From Magallana gigas (Eukaryota), in assembly GCF_963853765.1 (NCBI RefSeq), contig NC_088860.1:20770001-20834000 (forward strand): a stretch of DNA of 64,000 bases, in the 5' to 3' direction. The position numbers and the translations under genes are program-made. The notes under the pieces were generated by a model. That model had not been told where the DNA came from. It was given only the letters and a program-made list of their open reading frames with translations, and did not search any database. Below, in pieces: positions 38,367 through 50,800 of the stretch (the stretch's first letter is position 1; each line of letters opens with the position of its first letter).

Positions 38367-41300
38367 CATGCTTTTAATGTCGGCAAAGCATCAGAGAGCG
38401 ACCAAATTTTGTAAGCGGCTATAAACAAAAAATATGTCTGTCTAGTAGAAGTTAAACAATTTAACAGTTGCTGCCTTGAATTTTGCAACAAGCATTATAT
38501 ATTCAATCCGCGCAGTAAAGTAATTCATGGAAATTCATGCGCATTGTATGTGTCCAAAATGCATAGTAATGTTTTAAAAACACGTTATTAATAAGAAAAC
38601 TAAAAAAGATAGACAATTCATTCGAAATTTAAAAAGAAAGAAACAAAATGCCAACACTTTTGACAAAACGTGGCTCTTGTGTAACTATTTGGTATTGCGG
38701 AAGCTTTACCTTGACGCTGTTTGGTTTTTTGTTTATTTGTGCTATTTATAGTAACATTGGCGATTTGCCTGCCTATAGCCAGGACTCTGCTTTCAGCAGA
38801 GCCTGGCTAAAAAATGGGTGAATAAAACGTGTAAAATGCCTACATAAGGACAGATAAGATACTGTAAAATTATCAACAAATCTGATACCTTTTTAAAGCT
38901 ATTAATAACAATGTATATTTAACATTACATCTATTAGTAATCTTTAAATATGTTAAATACGTTGGAATATGTTGCTTTAAACCAGAGTATGCGTGTTAAA
39001 ACTTCCATCTATCAAACCGATTTTTAATAGCAGCAAGTATTCCTTTTAAAGGAATGATTGACATGAAATAGCAAGGCATGAGTAATATTTTCTTTAAGCG
39101 GACGAATTTACTTTTTTTACGCATTTGTGAAGAAAAACAGGATTTGAATCAGTTTTTATATAACTGCATAAATGTTTTATTTTCAAGGCAAATGGATAAA
39201 ATCAACGTTTTTAGTAATCTACGTGTAATTAAAGATTTAAATGAGATTTCCATTCCATAATTTAAAAAAAAGTAGTGCAAGGTCTAAGACGTGTGAAAAT
39301 AGTAAAATTTGCTGAATGCCTCACATGGACACAACTGTGATCGGTCAAAGCTGATCACAAAATCGTGGAGAGATGACCCACTGTACTTTAAAAATGTCAT
39401 TTTGTATATCATGCAGCAATTGAACGTATTAGAAAAGTAATACAAGTCTTATTGCCCTATCTTCTTGTGGTATGAAATTAAAGCTTTGAAGGTTGTTGTT
39501 AAATCTTTATTCTCAGAATGAGACAGATACATAGAGTTATCAATAGAGACCCCGTACATAAATTTGTGTACAGAATTTAATAAATCTTTAAAATTGTCAG
39601 CTTGGTTTTATGTCAAACGAATGCTGAACGTCATGATTATTTCATCAATAGGAAGACAGAATCAACAGATAGAATAAAAAAAACTAATATTGTCATCAGC
39701 AGGACCCAATTTTAGACAATGAACAATTAAAAGAGTGCTGAAATAGGATGATAAAATTCTTTTATTTTCGGTCATTTTCCACCATAAAATTTGCTGAACA
39801 AGTAAGAACTTTAAAAACCAATAAAAAAAAGTCCCTGTTTACTTGAGGTGCAAGTATAAAGTCTTTTTGGTGATTAAGGTGGCTTTAAAGGGACTTGGAC
39901 ACGATTTGATCTCAATTTTTTTAAATTATTGTTATGTCTAGAATTGTTAATATAGATGTTTTCAATACTTAGACAAAATATAAAAGTCAAATATCGAGTT
40001 ACAGAGGTTAGAATTCTTTATTTTGTAAACAAAGCTCCAGTTTAGTTGAAGTTCACATTCAGTTGTTGTATTGATATCAGTTTCAATCTAGTGTTGATGT
40101 TTGTTGTGATTTAATTGTTTATGAACCCATTGAATCCGTCTATCTTGTTTCCACAAGTTATTTTGATAAAGAAATGGCAATTTCTTTACTCTACAGTATT
40201 TGTAAACAAACATAAGACTCGAGCTTTGTTTACATAACCACAACTTCTTTCCTCTGTATCTCGCTTGTAACATGACTTCTAAGATTCAAATTTAAGTGAA
40301 TCATTCACAATGCAAAGTAAACAAATTTATACATAGAAATCAAAAATAAATTTTCATTTGTATCATTTCGTGTCCAGGTCCCTTTAAGCATTTATCCAAA
40401 TTGTCAGATCGCTTTAAAAAATACAATTGATTTGCAGAAAAATAAACTTTTCACTTAATATTTTATTAATATATATTGTAAACTTAATGTATTAACATTA
40501 TATTGTTCTACAGCACACTCTTGTCTCGCTTTCCGGTGTGATGGCAGTTTCTCTTTTGGTCTCGGACGTCACCTGTGCAAATCTGGATGACGACATCAAG
40601 TCCACCCTTCTTAGTTCTACATTGTTGATGTCAGGAGTTTGTACAATTATGATGAGCCTTATGGGTTCNNNNNNNNNNNNNNNNNNNNNNNNNNNNNNNN
40701 NNNNNNNNNNNNNNNNNNNNNNNNNNNNNNNNNNNNNNNNNNNNNNNNNNNNNNNNNNNNNNNNNNNNNNNNNNNNNNNNNNNNNNNNNNNNNNNNNNNN
40801 NNNNNNNNNNNNNNNNNNNNNNNNNNNNNNNNNNNCAAGGATCTCATTTATATATTGACAGACTTCCCCTGTTTCAAGGAGCTGCTGGAGATTTTCTTAT
40901 TCCTTTGCTTGCAATGCAAGTTTTGGATAAATCGAAGTGTGATTTTCCACAAAGTTTTGATACAGGTTAAACTATACTTCTAAACATAAATACAAGTACT
41001 ATAATATATAATCGTTCTTTATTTTATTCTTTCATTTTTGTATTCAAACATATTTATTAAATTATGTAACATCTATTGTTTTCTCGAAAATATTAATAAC
41101 CCGAAAATGAAACTTTGCACAAAAGACTGTACTACTGCATCAGTTTTATTTCATATTGTCAACTTAATTCTAGACACAAACTCTACAATAACGAATACTT
41201 CCGGTATACCTCTTGCAGACCAAAAACTCTTTGTATTAAACAACATTCGAGAGGTAAGCAGTTTTCAAGTAGTTGTGTACTTAATTCGGGATGAAAACAC

Positions 41301-44300
41301 AGTAATAAATATAGAAATAATTTACATGTATTTCAAATGAATTTGTTAAGTTTTGCATATCTGTTGATTTTCATTTATCTGTTATCGGAAAACTTTTATG
41401 TGAAGATAAGGCTTGATGAAAATATGTATTGCACATGTTTTCACTACTGTTCCATTCCAAAACAAATAATGTTTACTGTTTCACTTTTATCAACTTCAGC
41501 TTCAAGGCAGCTTAATAGCTGCAGGGACTTTCCAGTTTCTTATTGGAGCAACGGGATTGGTCAGCCTCCTTTTGAAATTCATCGGACCAATCACAATCGT
41601 TCCAACACTTTTTCTAAGCTGTGTTTTTATCGTGAGAGCATGCGTTAAATTTGCATCTGTTAATTGGGGCATTGCGTTAATGTAAGTAAAACAAAATACA
41701 CAATTTTACATGATTTCGAAATCAGTTGACGATTACGCGACCATTTGTTTGATTAATACTAGAAAGTCACTGACTAAAAATGTAATATTGTTGAAGGGTA
41801 ACAGCCGTGTCCCTGATACTGTCGCTCTATCTAAGCCATCACAACACCCCAATTCCGATGTGGACGAGAAAGAGAGGCTTTCATATCATGTGGTTTCCGT
41901 TACACCAAGTGTATTCGGTGTGTATAAATAAATTTAAAAGAACCGCCATATTATTTTCAAAAACATTTATGAAAAATATGTTAATCGATGAATTCTAATT
42001 AATGGATCGACAAGACCTGGCGAGCGGAAAATAAACAAGAAAAACAATTCATTTCTCATGATTTACCTATTACTTTAAATCGTCTCCATTGTGTCACATC
42101 TTGTGTTACGTAAATAGCATTACTCATACTTTTGTACATGCACCTATACTTGTGTTTATATGCAGATCCTTATTGGGATCCTAGTTGGTTGGTTTGTGTG
42201 TGGTGTAATGACAGCAGCAGGTGCGTTTAGTCCTGATGACAAGTTGGCGAGAACAGACACTGGCCTAGACGCTATCAGAAAAGCTGATTGGTTTCGGCTA
42301 CCATATCCAGGTCTTGTTTTCTGCTAATAAAGTATAACTATAATATGAAACAGTTTTAGCCATTTTTAAAGCATTTTTTATGATTCACATTTGCTTTAAA
42401 AACTGTTTTACATAGCATTAAAATTGACTGATATCTGCAAACTTTTCAGGTCAGTTTGGTTCTATTTCGTTCAGCACGAGCGTCTTTGTGGGATTTTTGA
42501 TAGGAACTGTTACCTCTATACTTGATTCTATTGGGGACTATTATGCATGCGCAAAGATGTGCAATCTTCCTCCCCCACCAGCACATAGTGTTAATCGAGG
42601 AATAGCCATTGAGGGGTTCTGTAGTCTGATAGCGGGTTTCGTCGGATGTGGACATGCAACGACAACGTATGGAGGAAACATTGGCGCAATCGGCGTAACA
42701 AAGGTACACAATTAATCAAATCATACATTAAAGTTTCTTCCTTATCAGGGGCTCGTAACATAAAGGGTACTTAAGTCTAAGACAGTGCTTAAGCAGGACT
42801 TATGTACATTCCTAGACTTAAGTCCATACCTAGAAGAGTGCTTAGCTAGGACAATTTACCTAAAACTTAGGCGGCCGGTAGAGGTGACTTAAGTATGTCT
42901 TAAGTATTGTTTTTACTCATTTAAAAGCATTTGATTGCAGAGTATTAATCACATGTTTACACAGAATCAATATCTTAATATTCACCAATATAAAAATTTT
43001 GATTTGATTGATTTAAATATTAACAGTGGTCGTAGTGATCTGTAACATTTTCTATATACTGGTAGTATTCAAGTGGGCTGCTGAATAGGTTGTAAACAAG
43101 TAATGGTCGGTTTACAAGAAGTCACTGTATATATAAAGTCGCGAAACTTGAGGAATTAAAAAAGGACTTTTAAAGACAGAAAAACCCTCGGTGATTTTTA
43201 AGAAAACGATTGCCTCTTTCAATATATCGGCATAATAACGAAATTATACCCAGAGTAGGTAAATTGCCTTATTGGTGAGGTAAGATGTAGAACAAAAGAT
43301 AAAAAGAAATCCACTATATAATCATATCAAGTTCTAATGGCGTCGCGATATTACGCCACAGGCACTCTTCGAGAAGGACTAAAATAGTGAATATTCGTTA
43401 AAACAAAGAAAGAACAACAATAGACTGAATACATTGCTAAGATCCATCGCTTTGAGCTTTTTAAAATTTTAGGAACATGTGTATGTATACTCATGCCACC
43501 TTGAATGTTGTGTCTATACATTTACATTTACCCCATTTAATATCAAAGATGTCATGCACGTGTATCTATAAAAATATATTTTTTTAACCATGCATTTAAA
43601 TTCGACAAAAGAAATGAAAATCACGTTTTTACTTTTAACATAAACATTACTTAGCTAAGACATTGCTAAGTTTGCTTTATGCGGTATAAGACTTACTTAA
43701 GCAGGACTTATGTAGGTCCTAAGATTCGGCCTAAGTCCTACCTATGACCGTACTTTAGTCAAAATCTTAGCATGCTTTATGTTACGAGCCCCAGCAGCTG
43801 ATTATGTCCTCACAATTAATGCTTTGTTTCTGTCCTTAAATACATATAAGATATGTATGCTTAGAGTTCATGAGGTACATATAAATAGCAGTCAGATTAT
43901 AATGTGAAAAGATAAAATTAGAAGAAATAAGGGGGTAAAAATTCTAAATTTAGTTTTAAGTTTACTTCAAAACTTTGAAAACAATTTTTAATTAGAAGAA
44001 AAAAGGGAATAACATTTGTCTTTAAATAAAATATAATATTTAAACTACGGTATGTATAATATAACGATCAATGTAAAGTGTATATTTTTTGCAATAACAA
44101 TTGCTTAATAAGTATTCTGTATTAAAGAAGTTCGCTCCTTAGGTTATGGGTAGGCATTTTGGGTCACCTCTAGTCCGAAAATTCAGCATCACACATTAAC
44201 TCTAGTAGTATACTTATATTTTACAATGCCAAATAAACTTTATTGAATAAAATTGTTTTTAAAAAATTACATTTTTACAGAGTTTAGTAATAGGCTATAT

Positions 44301-46415
44301 TTTGTGGCGGAAGGTTTTCAAGAAGGAAATGAAAAGGTTTCATAAATCAATAGTTTTACTATTACTTTAGCTTCCTAATTTTCAGCGCAGACCAAACTTC
44401 TAGCTAGTTTGTGTATTATGATTTATTAATGTGATCATGAAAACATATTAAAACAATATTTTGATATTTCTATCGATATATTTTGGCATATTTAACTTAT
44501 ATTTCATAGAAGTTAAAAAAAAATTAACTCCAATTGTGTCCCAAAATTAGCTTATTTCATGCTATATCTCAATTTTTTTTAGATGTGACCCCTACTTGGT
44601 TTCTTTCAAATGAGACATTTAATGTATGTCTATTTGTATGCAAAGTTTTGGAAAGATGACATTACATTACATTTATTTTTTTTATTTGATTACTCCAAAA
44701 TTTTGTAACATCTGCTGTTGTGTTCACTATGTACTGGCCTATGAAGCCACCATTTAAGCAAGAATTTTTAAACTTTGACTGTAATTTTCTTTTATTGTCA
44801 CTACATGTGTTCAACTTCATTCTGTTTAAAATTCGTAACTAAATAATGTTCAAACTATAAATATTTGATTTATTTCTTTAAATTTTCAGGCTCAATTTCA
44901 AATTTTAGTTAAAAAATTTCAGGAAAACTATCTTTTCTGGTTGGGGCCCTATATTTCCAATAAATGGCATGTGATATGGGTCACAAATAAAATAAATGAA
45001 CATTTTAGGCCTCCATCTTTATATCCAAGTGGTTTTCGAATGATTGACACTTGACATTACTATTAAATGCTTTTTCATCTTCTTCGTAGGTAGCCAGTAG
45101 AGATGTGTTTATAACTACTGGTGTCATATATTTCATATTCGGTATCATTGGCAAGATCTCAGCCGTCTTCCTTACCATTCCTTATCCAGTATTAGGCGGA
45201 GCGCTCATTGTGATGTTTGGAATGTTCAACGGTGTCGTTCTGTCAAACCTACAAGTTGTTTCCCTTAGCTCAACCAGAAATCTCGCAATCATTGGAACCG
45301 CCATCTTGTTTGGTCTCATGATTCCATATTGGTTGGAGACCAATCCTGATGTTATTCAAACAGGTTTCTTTCCTTTTGAGAATAAACAAACAAATGCCAG
45401 TTCGACTAAATATGACTAAAATAGGATACAAAAGTACCCTTGAAAATGTATTTAATTTAGTTATCAAATCTCGTCTTGTTTTGGAGGCCTCCCAACTGCA
45501 ACAGGTTTGGCAAGAATAGAGGCACTGTTATACTACTAATATATTCGTGAAATACACAATTTATTCTTGAGATTCACATTCAATTTGACAATAATTTTAT
45601 GGAACCATTTTTTGTTAGGTTCAGCCGCAAGTGATGGCGTAATAAAAATGCTACTTGTTAATCCCAACCTGTGCGGAGGAGTTGTTGCCTGCTTTTTGGA
45701 CAATACAGTGAGAGGTAGACAAGTTTTTTTTTCATTTTTCTCTGTATTTCATATTTCAGACTTTGACAAATTTGCATCTATTGTTAAGCAGATGTTTGTG
45801 GATATGATGTTTAATTTTAAACATTTTTTTTCTTATTTTAATAGCGATTTTTTTAATCAATGCACTAAAGTTTACTAAATTGATACATGCACATCATTTT
45901 CGTTCGGGTTGTTCAATGTGAAATGATTCCATGAGATTCAATACTGAGACTTGTATCAGCGCTAAAACGTTATAACGGTATTTTGAATGAATATTGGCTG
46001 CAACATTCGTTTGAATTCAACTTTGAAAAAAGGCAAACAATGCTTTAAACTACCATAAGCATATTAATACATTGAAATTCATTCGTTATTAATTAGCAAT
46101 AAAACATGAAAACTTCATTTACGGTTTATAAAACACTGCTAAAATTGTTACTTTTTATGGTAATACAGTGTGTATTGTTTTGTTATGAATATAACATTTT
46201 AAGAATATTTATATTTTTTGTCATACAATGCCTCAAATTCAGGTACCTTAAAAGAAAGAGGAATCGAGGCATGGCAGAAAATGATCGACGACAAAGTAGA
46301 CGATATGGAAGAATTTGACGGTGACGTCACTATCTATGACATCCCTCTCCCACAATTTCTCAAAAGATCCAAACTATTCCGGCGTTTACCATTTATTCCT
46401 CCTGTACGTGATTGA
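37653..46415 (+). CDS. SLC23A: SLC23/NAT transporter copy C, apparently intact (end of exon 2 in gap)
   Basis: Exons 37653-37862, 40514-(gap at 40669), 40862-40965, 41174-41253, 41500-41681, 41797-41917, 42166-42310, 42450-42703, 45090-45363, 45619-45714, 46243-46415. Exon sizes equal those of copy B and no stops were seen. Confidence 0.9.
38249..38808 (-). mobile_element. HINE/pearl-like element with (CT)n microsatellite in intron 1 of copy C
   Basis: One end has hairpin AGCCAGGACTCTGC-TTTCA-GCAGAGCCTGGCT; the other has AGTACTGAAGTACT stem-loop plus subTIR AGCCGGGCTC. It sits in an A-run and is absent at the same site in copy B (~30850). Confidence 0.8.
39889..40383. mobile_element. MITE with AGGGACTTGGACACGA TIRs and TTAA TSD (Kolobok-like, second family)
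   Basis: TTAA|AGGGACTTGGACACGA ... TCGTGTCCAGGTCCCT|TTAA. Related right ends lie just upstream of exon 2 in A (~23780) and B (31252). Confidence 0.85.
40669..40835. other. Assembly gap covering the end of exon 2 and intron 2 of copy C
   Basis: Directly visible. Confidence 1.
42749..43791. mobile_element. 1,043-bp non-autonomous element with CAG TSD (PIF/Harbinger-like) in intron 8 of copy C
   Basis: CAG|GGGCTCGTAACATAAAG ... CTTTATGTTACGAGCCC|CAG: perfect 17-bp TIRs. CTTAAG/CTTAG motifs cluster near both ends and there is no long ORF. Confidence 0.88.
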
Positions 46416-47836
46416 GATTTTTATTTAATTAATCTTCAAACATCATCTTTTTTATGATCCTTTGTTGTCAGTTTCAAAGAATAAATTGATTTCAATAAAC
46501 TGCGTTTTGTGATTGTTATAAACGAGATAGTACTAGTGTGTGTGTTTGGGGGGGGGGGGGGTAAAATTAAGCTTGCATCTAAAAAAAACAAAACAAAAGG
46601 CCCTCGTCCAACGACGTATTTATACGAATGTGAACGAAAGAAGGACAAATTTTTAAAAAGTTGAGATCGGTATCTATGTAACATTATATTATTATTATTA
46701 TACATGTACATATGCTTAACGATAAAAGAGGCACGCTGTATTAATTGCGCTTTTCTACGGAACACTGGCTTTTACAGTTTGTAATTCTATGAAGGTATTA
46801 AAACAAATAGAGATGACTGTTTAGCTAGATACCATACAAACATAACATACTTATCAAAAAGTTATCTCGATTTTTTTTCATATGAGCACGGGTGTCATTT
46901 CAACGATAAATCAAGGTTTGAGCAACTCTTAATACTTGTAGTTTTATAGTTGCTGTTTTGAAAGACATCTTCACGATAATTTAAACTGGGATTTGTTGAA
47001 ACTACTTTTTCTTTTTAAAATAATCGAAATTAAAAAGTATCTATCATTTATCTATCTACCTATCTATTATATGCATTGATAAAGTTATCAAAGCATATAC
47101 CGGTAGCTCATTTCAGCGAATTATTTTAGACAAGAAATGTACAAATTATTTATATGTTTTCAGAAATCGTTTTAAATTGGTTTTAAAAAATAACAGATGT
47201 TTCAAAATTTGAATTAACAAAGTCTCATAAAAAATCAATTTGGTTAAAAAAAAACTGAATTGGTAAAAACACATTTCCACAAGTAATCGTCGAAATCGAT
47301 ATTTAAAAATGTTGAGGTTTCATTTACTCTCACAAAATCGGCTCATTTCCCCTACAGATCAGTGGAAGTGGCAATATGTTGGGAGCATTAAATGTTTTTA
47401 AATTATGTTTCTGGAACTGACAACAACACTTCAAATATTGGTCAGTGAAGAATGTCATTTGACGATAGTGGCCATCTTGTCGTCTGAAATCGACTATGTA
47501 ATTGAAAATCTGTTTGATTAACATATACAATACAAGCAACACCGCTGCGGTGTCAATATGACGGCGCAAGTCGGAAAAAGTTAACCATCCTCACATCCGC
47601 AGGGGTAGTTGATCCGCGTTGTCTGTCATTTAGCTTGCGCTGCAATTTGTAAACCGATGTCATATGGAGTTCATAAAGGCACATTTTAATCTTACGTCTC
47701 GGTCTACATATGATTCAACTGACTGAAATTCCACACCCAGCCAACTTTAAAGAATAAAATATATACCAATTAGTTTCAATATATCATCGAAGGAAGAACA
47801 AGCTTTTGAAATATTGTCGAAACTTCAAGAAACAAA

Positions 47837-50800
47837 ATGGGCTCTTCTGAAGGCGATGGATACAAATTAAAGTGTGAAAAAGACAATAACGTTCAACTTG
47901 CAGCTTTGTTTGAGATAGAAAATGGCGTTGAAGATGCTGAGAAAGGCGATCTCCTTGTTGAGGTTGAAACAGATCCAAAGCAACATATCTTGTACTCGGC
48001 CAGGGATCATCCACCAATTTATTTGACCATTTTCTTTGGGTTTCAGGTAAAAAAAAATTATGTTGGATAATTTTTGCAAAGAAATGAGTGATATCTTTTC
48101 TTTTTATATAAAATGGTTATTCTCAACAAAAATAATGTATAATAATTTATATCGTTTACTTATTGAAGCATACCATTTTCCGACCTGTGCAATATAAACC
48201 AAAATTTCGTTTTTAGCACACTCTGATCTCAATTTCCGGTGTGATGGCCGTCTCTTTATTGGTCTCTGACGTCACATGTGCAAATCTAGATGACGACATT
48301 AAGTCGACTCTTCTTAGTTCCTCTTTGCTGATGTCTGGTATCTGTACAATAATGATGAGTTTAATCGGCTCCAGGTAATTATATCGATACTTCAGTATAT
48401 TGTTTTTTTTACCCACTTCTTAATCTATATCCCTTCAATTGTAAAGCGGGTTTTATTATATTTTACAGACTACCTCTGTTTCAAGGAGCAGCTAGCGATT
48501 TTTTGGTTCCATTGCTTGCAATGCAGGCTTTGAATAAATCAAGGTGTAATCTATTACAGACTTCTGACACAGGTATAAACAAATACGTACATGATTTAAT
48601 AACATTTTTGCCTATTATATTTTTGTATTGTTCATCGTTATATGTGCTATAAGACGTATGTCTTTGGCAAAAAAGAAATTGACATAGTAAAAATAAAAAT
48701 TAATACAACTCAGGAGTGGTATATGTTTAAAGTATTTTTCAAAACTAGGATCTAGGAAGAAAGACGATTTAATTCACGAAAAAATTTAGCAGCTCTAACT
48801 TATCACAAAACGTTGTATGTATAACTTTTAATAATCAAGTCTCCCGGATATAAAGTCGATAATTGATGGGGAAACGGGGGTTACATGAGTCAATGGTATC
48901 TCAGATTATCTATACCTTAATTAGCGCCAGGGGCCAAACATTGTAAACTTTTGGTAAAAAGAGACCCGTAGGCCTTTAATCGTCAGATTTTTATAATATT
49001 CATAATGCACAAAACGCATACATACATAAATCCATACAGCCTTTTTCTACAAGTATACAATGCACAGGATATTAATGTAGATTTCCTAAATTAGAAAACA
49101 AATTTAATATTGCCAAGTAACAATTTTTGGTGTTACTTATTAAGTTTTCAAGATGGAGTTAAAATAGTATGATTACCCTAAGTAAAAGTACATGTTCCCT
49201 CCCAATAAAAAACCTCAACTTCTACATCATGGCCAGGTGACCATGATTTTTACAGTTGAACACCAGGCATTATGAACATAATAAAAATGTAGGACTTTTT
49301 CTCCCACCCTAGGGCCTGAAAACCCTGACTCGGGGAATGTGAATTTCACAATTTAGGTAGAAAATTTCATGGACATCATAACTTTGTNNNNNNNNNNNNN
49401 NNNNNNNNNNNNNNNNNNNNNNNNNNNNNNNNNNNNNNNNNNNNNNNNNNNNNNNNNNNNNNNNNNNNNNNNNNNNNNNNNNNNNNNNNNNNNNNNNNNN
49501 NNNNNNNNNNNNNNNNNNNNNNNNNNNNNNNNNNNNNNNNNNNCATATTTATTAACAACAGTTTAAACGTTATAAAGTGCCAAAATTTGCGTAAAAAAAT
49601 AATGGAATCGGAATTTTCTGGTCATATCCACCTCTGCACGTTGTGTCCTAAATACATAACAAATTTTACGGAATTCCGAAATGCGGTTTAATTAAAAGGA
49701 GTTTTGCTTACAAAAAACAGGACTGACTGACTGACTGACGGATGGACGGACGGACGGACCGGTCAAAAACATCATACCTCTCACAACTTGTTGTGTGGGG
49801 TATAACTAGGTCGGCAGTGATAGTTTGATACTTTCCATATTTTCTTTTTCTTCCTTTTGTCTACATTACATCGAACAACTTCAAACAAAAAAAAATCAAA
49901 GAAGTTGAAAATAAAACACCCACAAATCAACAGATACAAAAGAATCGAGAAAATAAATATCAATAATTAACTCAGAGAATTTTTTATACGAGGCAACCAC
50001 GCCTGACAACACGGTGAAAGTGTTTGACTAGATTTTTTATTATAGACGCAACATTTTATAAGCAATTTTATACCTGGCATATTTCTAATTAGGGAATAAA
50101 AGTTGTCATAACGGTTATCATGTTTTGATTCTTTTAGTAGTATATCAACTTAAATGTACCTTCCCCTCTACCCAACCTGTCCTCCGAAAAAGCAGCGTTG
50201 CCTCTTTTTTCATTTTAATACAGAATGAAGCGATTGCAATGATGGTCGTATTTGTAAATTCTTAATATTGAACTTGCGACACAGGCAATATTAATATTTC
50301 GAAAAGTGTATTACTAAATGTATAAAAAAAAAAAACAATTTCAGAATACTACAGGAAAAGTTGCGGCACAAACGCAGTGTTGAGGTTGTCGGGATTTACA
50401 ATGGAAAAAAACACAATAAATTAAAAAAAAAGAAATTGTAAGCACGTGCTTACAGTGCTTCAATGGAGCTATGCCACTGTAATGTATTTTACTTTGTGGC
50501 AATATTGGCTTACTACATGTATATGGCAATATTGGCCTCGCCCTAGGGCCTGAACCCCTGACTCGGGGAATATAAATTTCACAATTTAGGTAGAAGATTT
50601 CATGGACATCGTAACCTTGTATTTAGTTTTTCTCAAATATATATGCCATTATATGGGAATAAAGAAGAACATTTTTTTTAAAAGATCTAAAGTACTTTAC
50701 GATATGGTAATATTGGCCCCGCTCTAGGGCCTGAACCCCTATTTCAGGGACCGTGGAATTCACAATTTAGGTGGATGATTTCGTCGACATCCGAATTATG

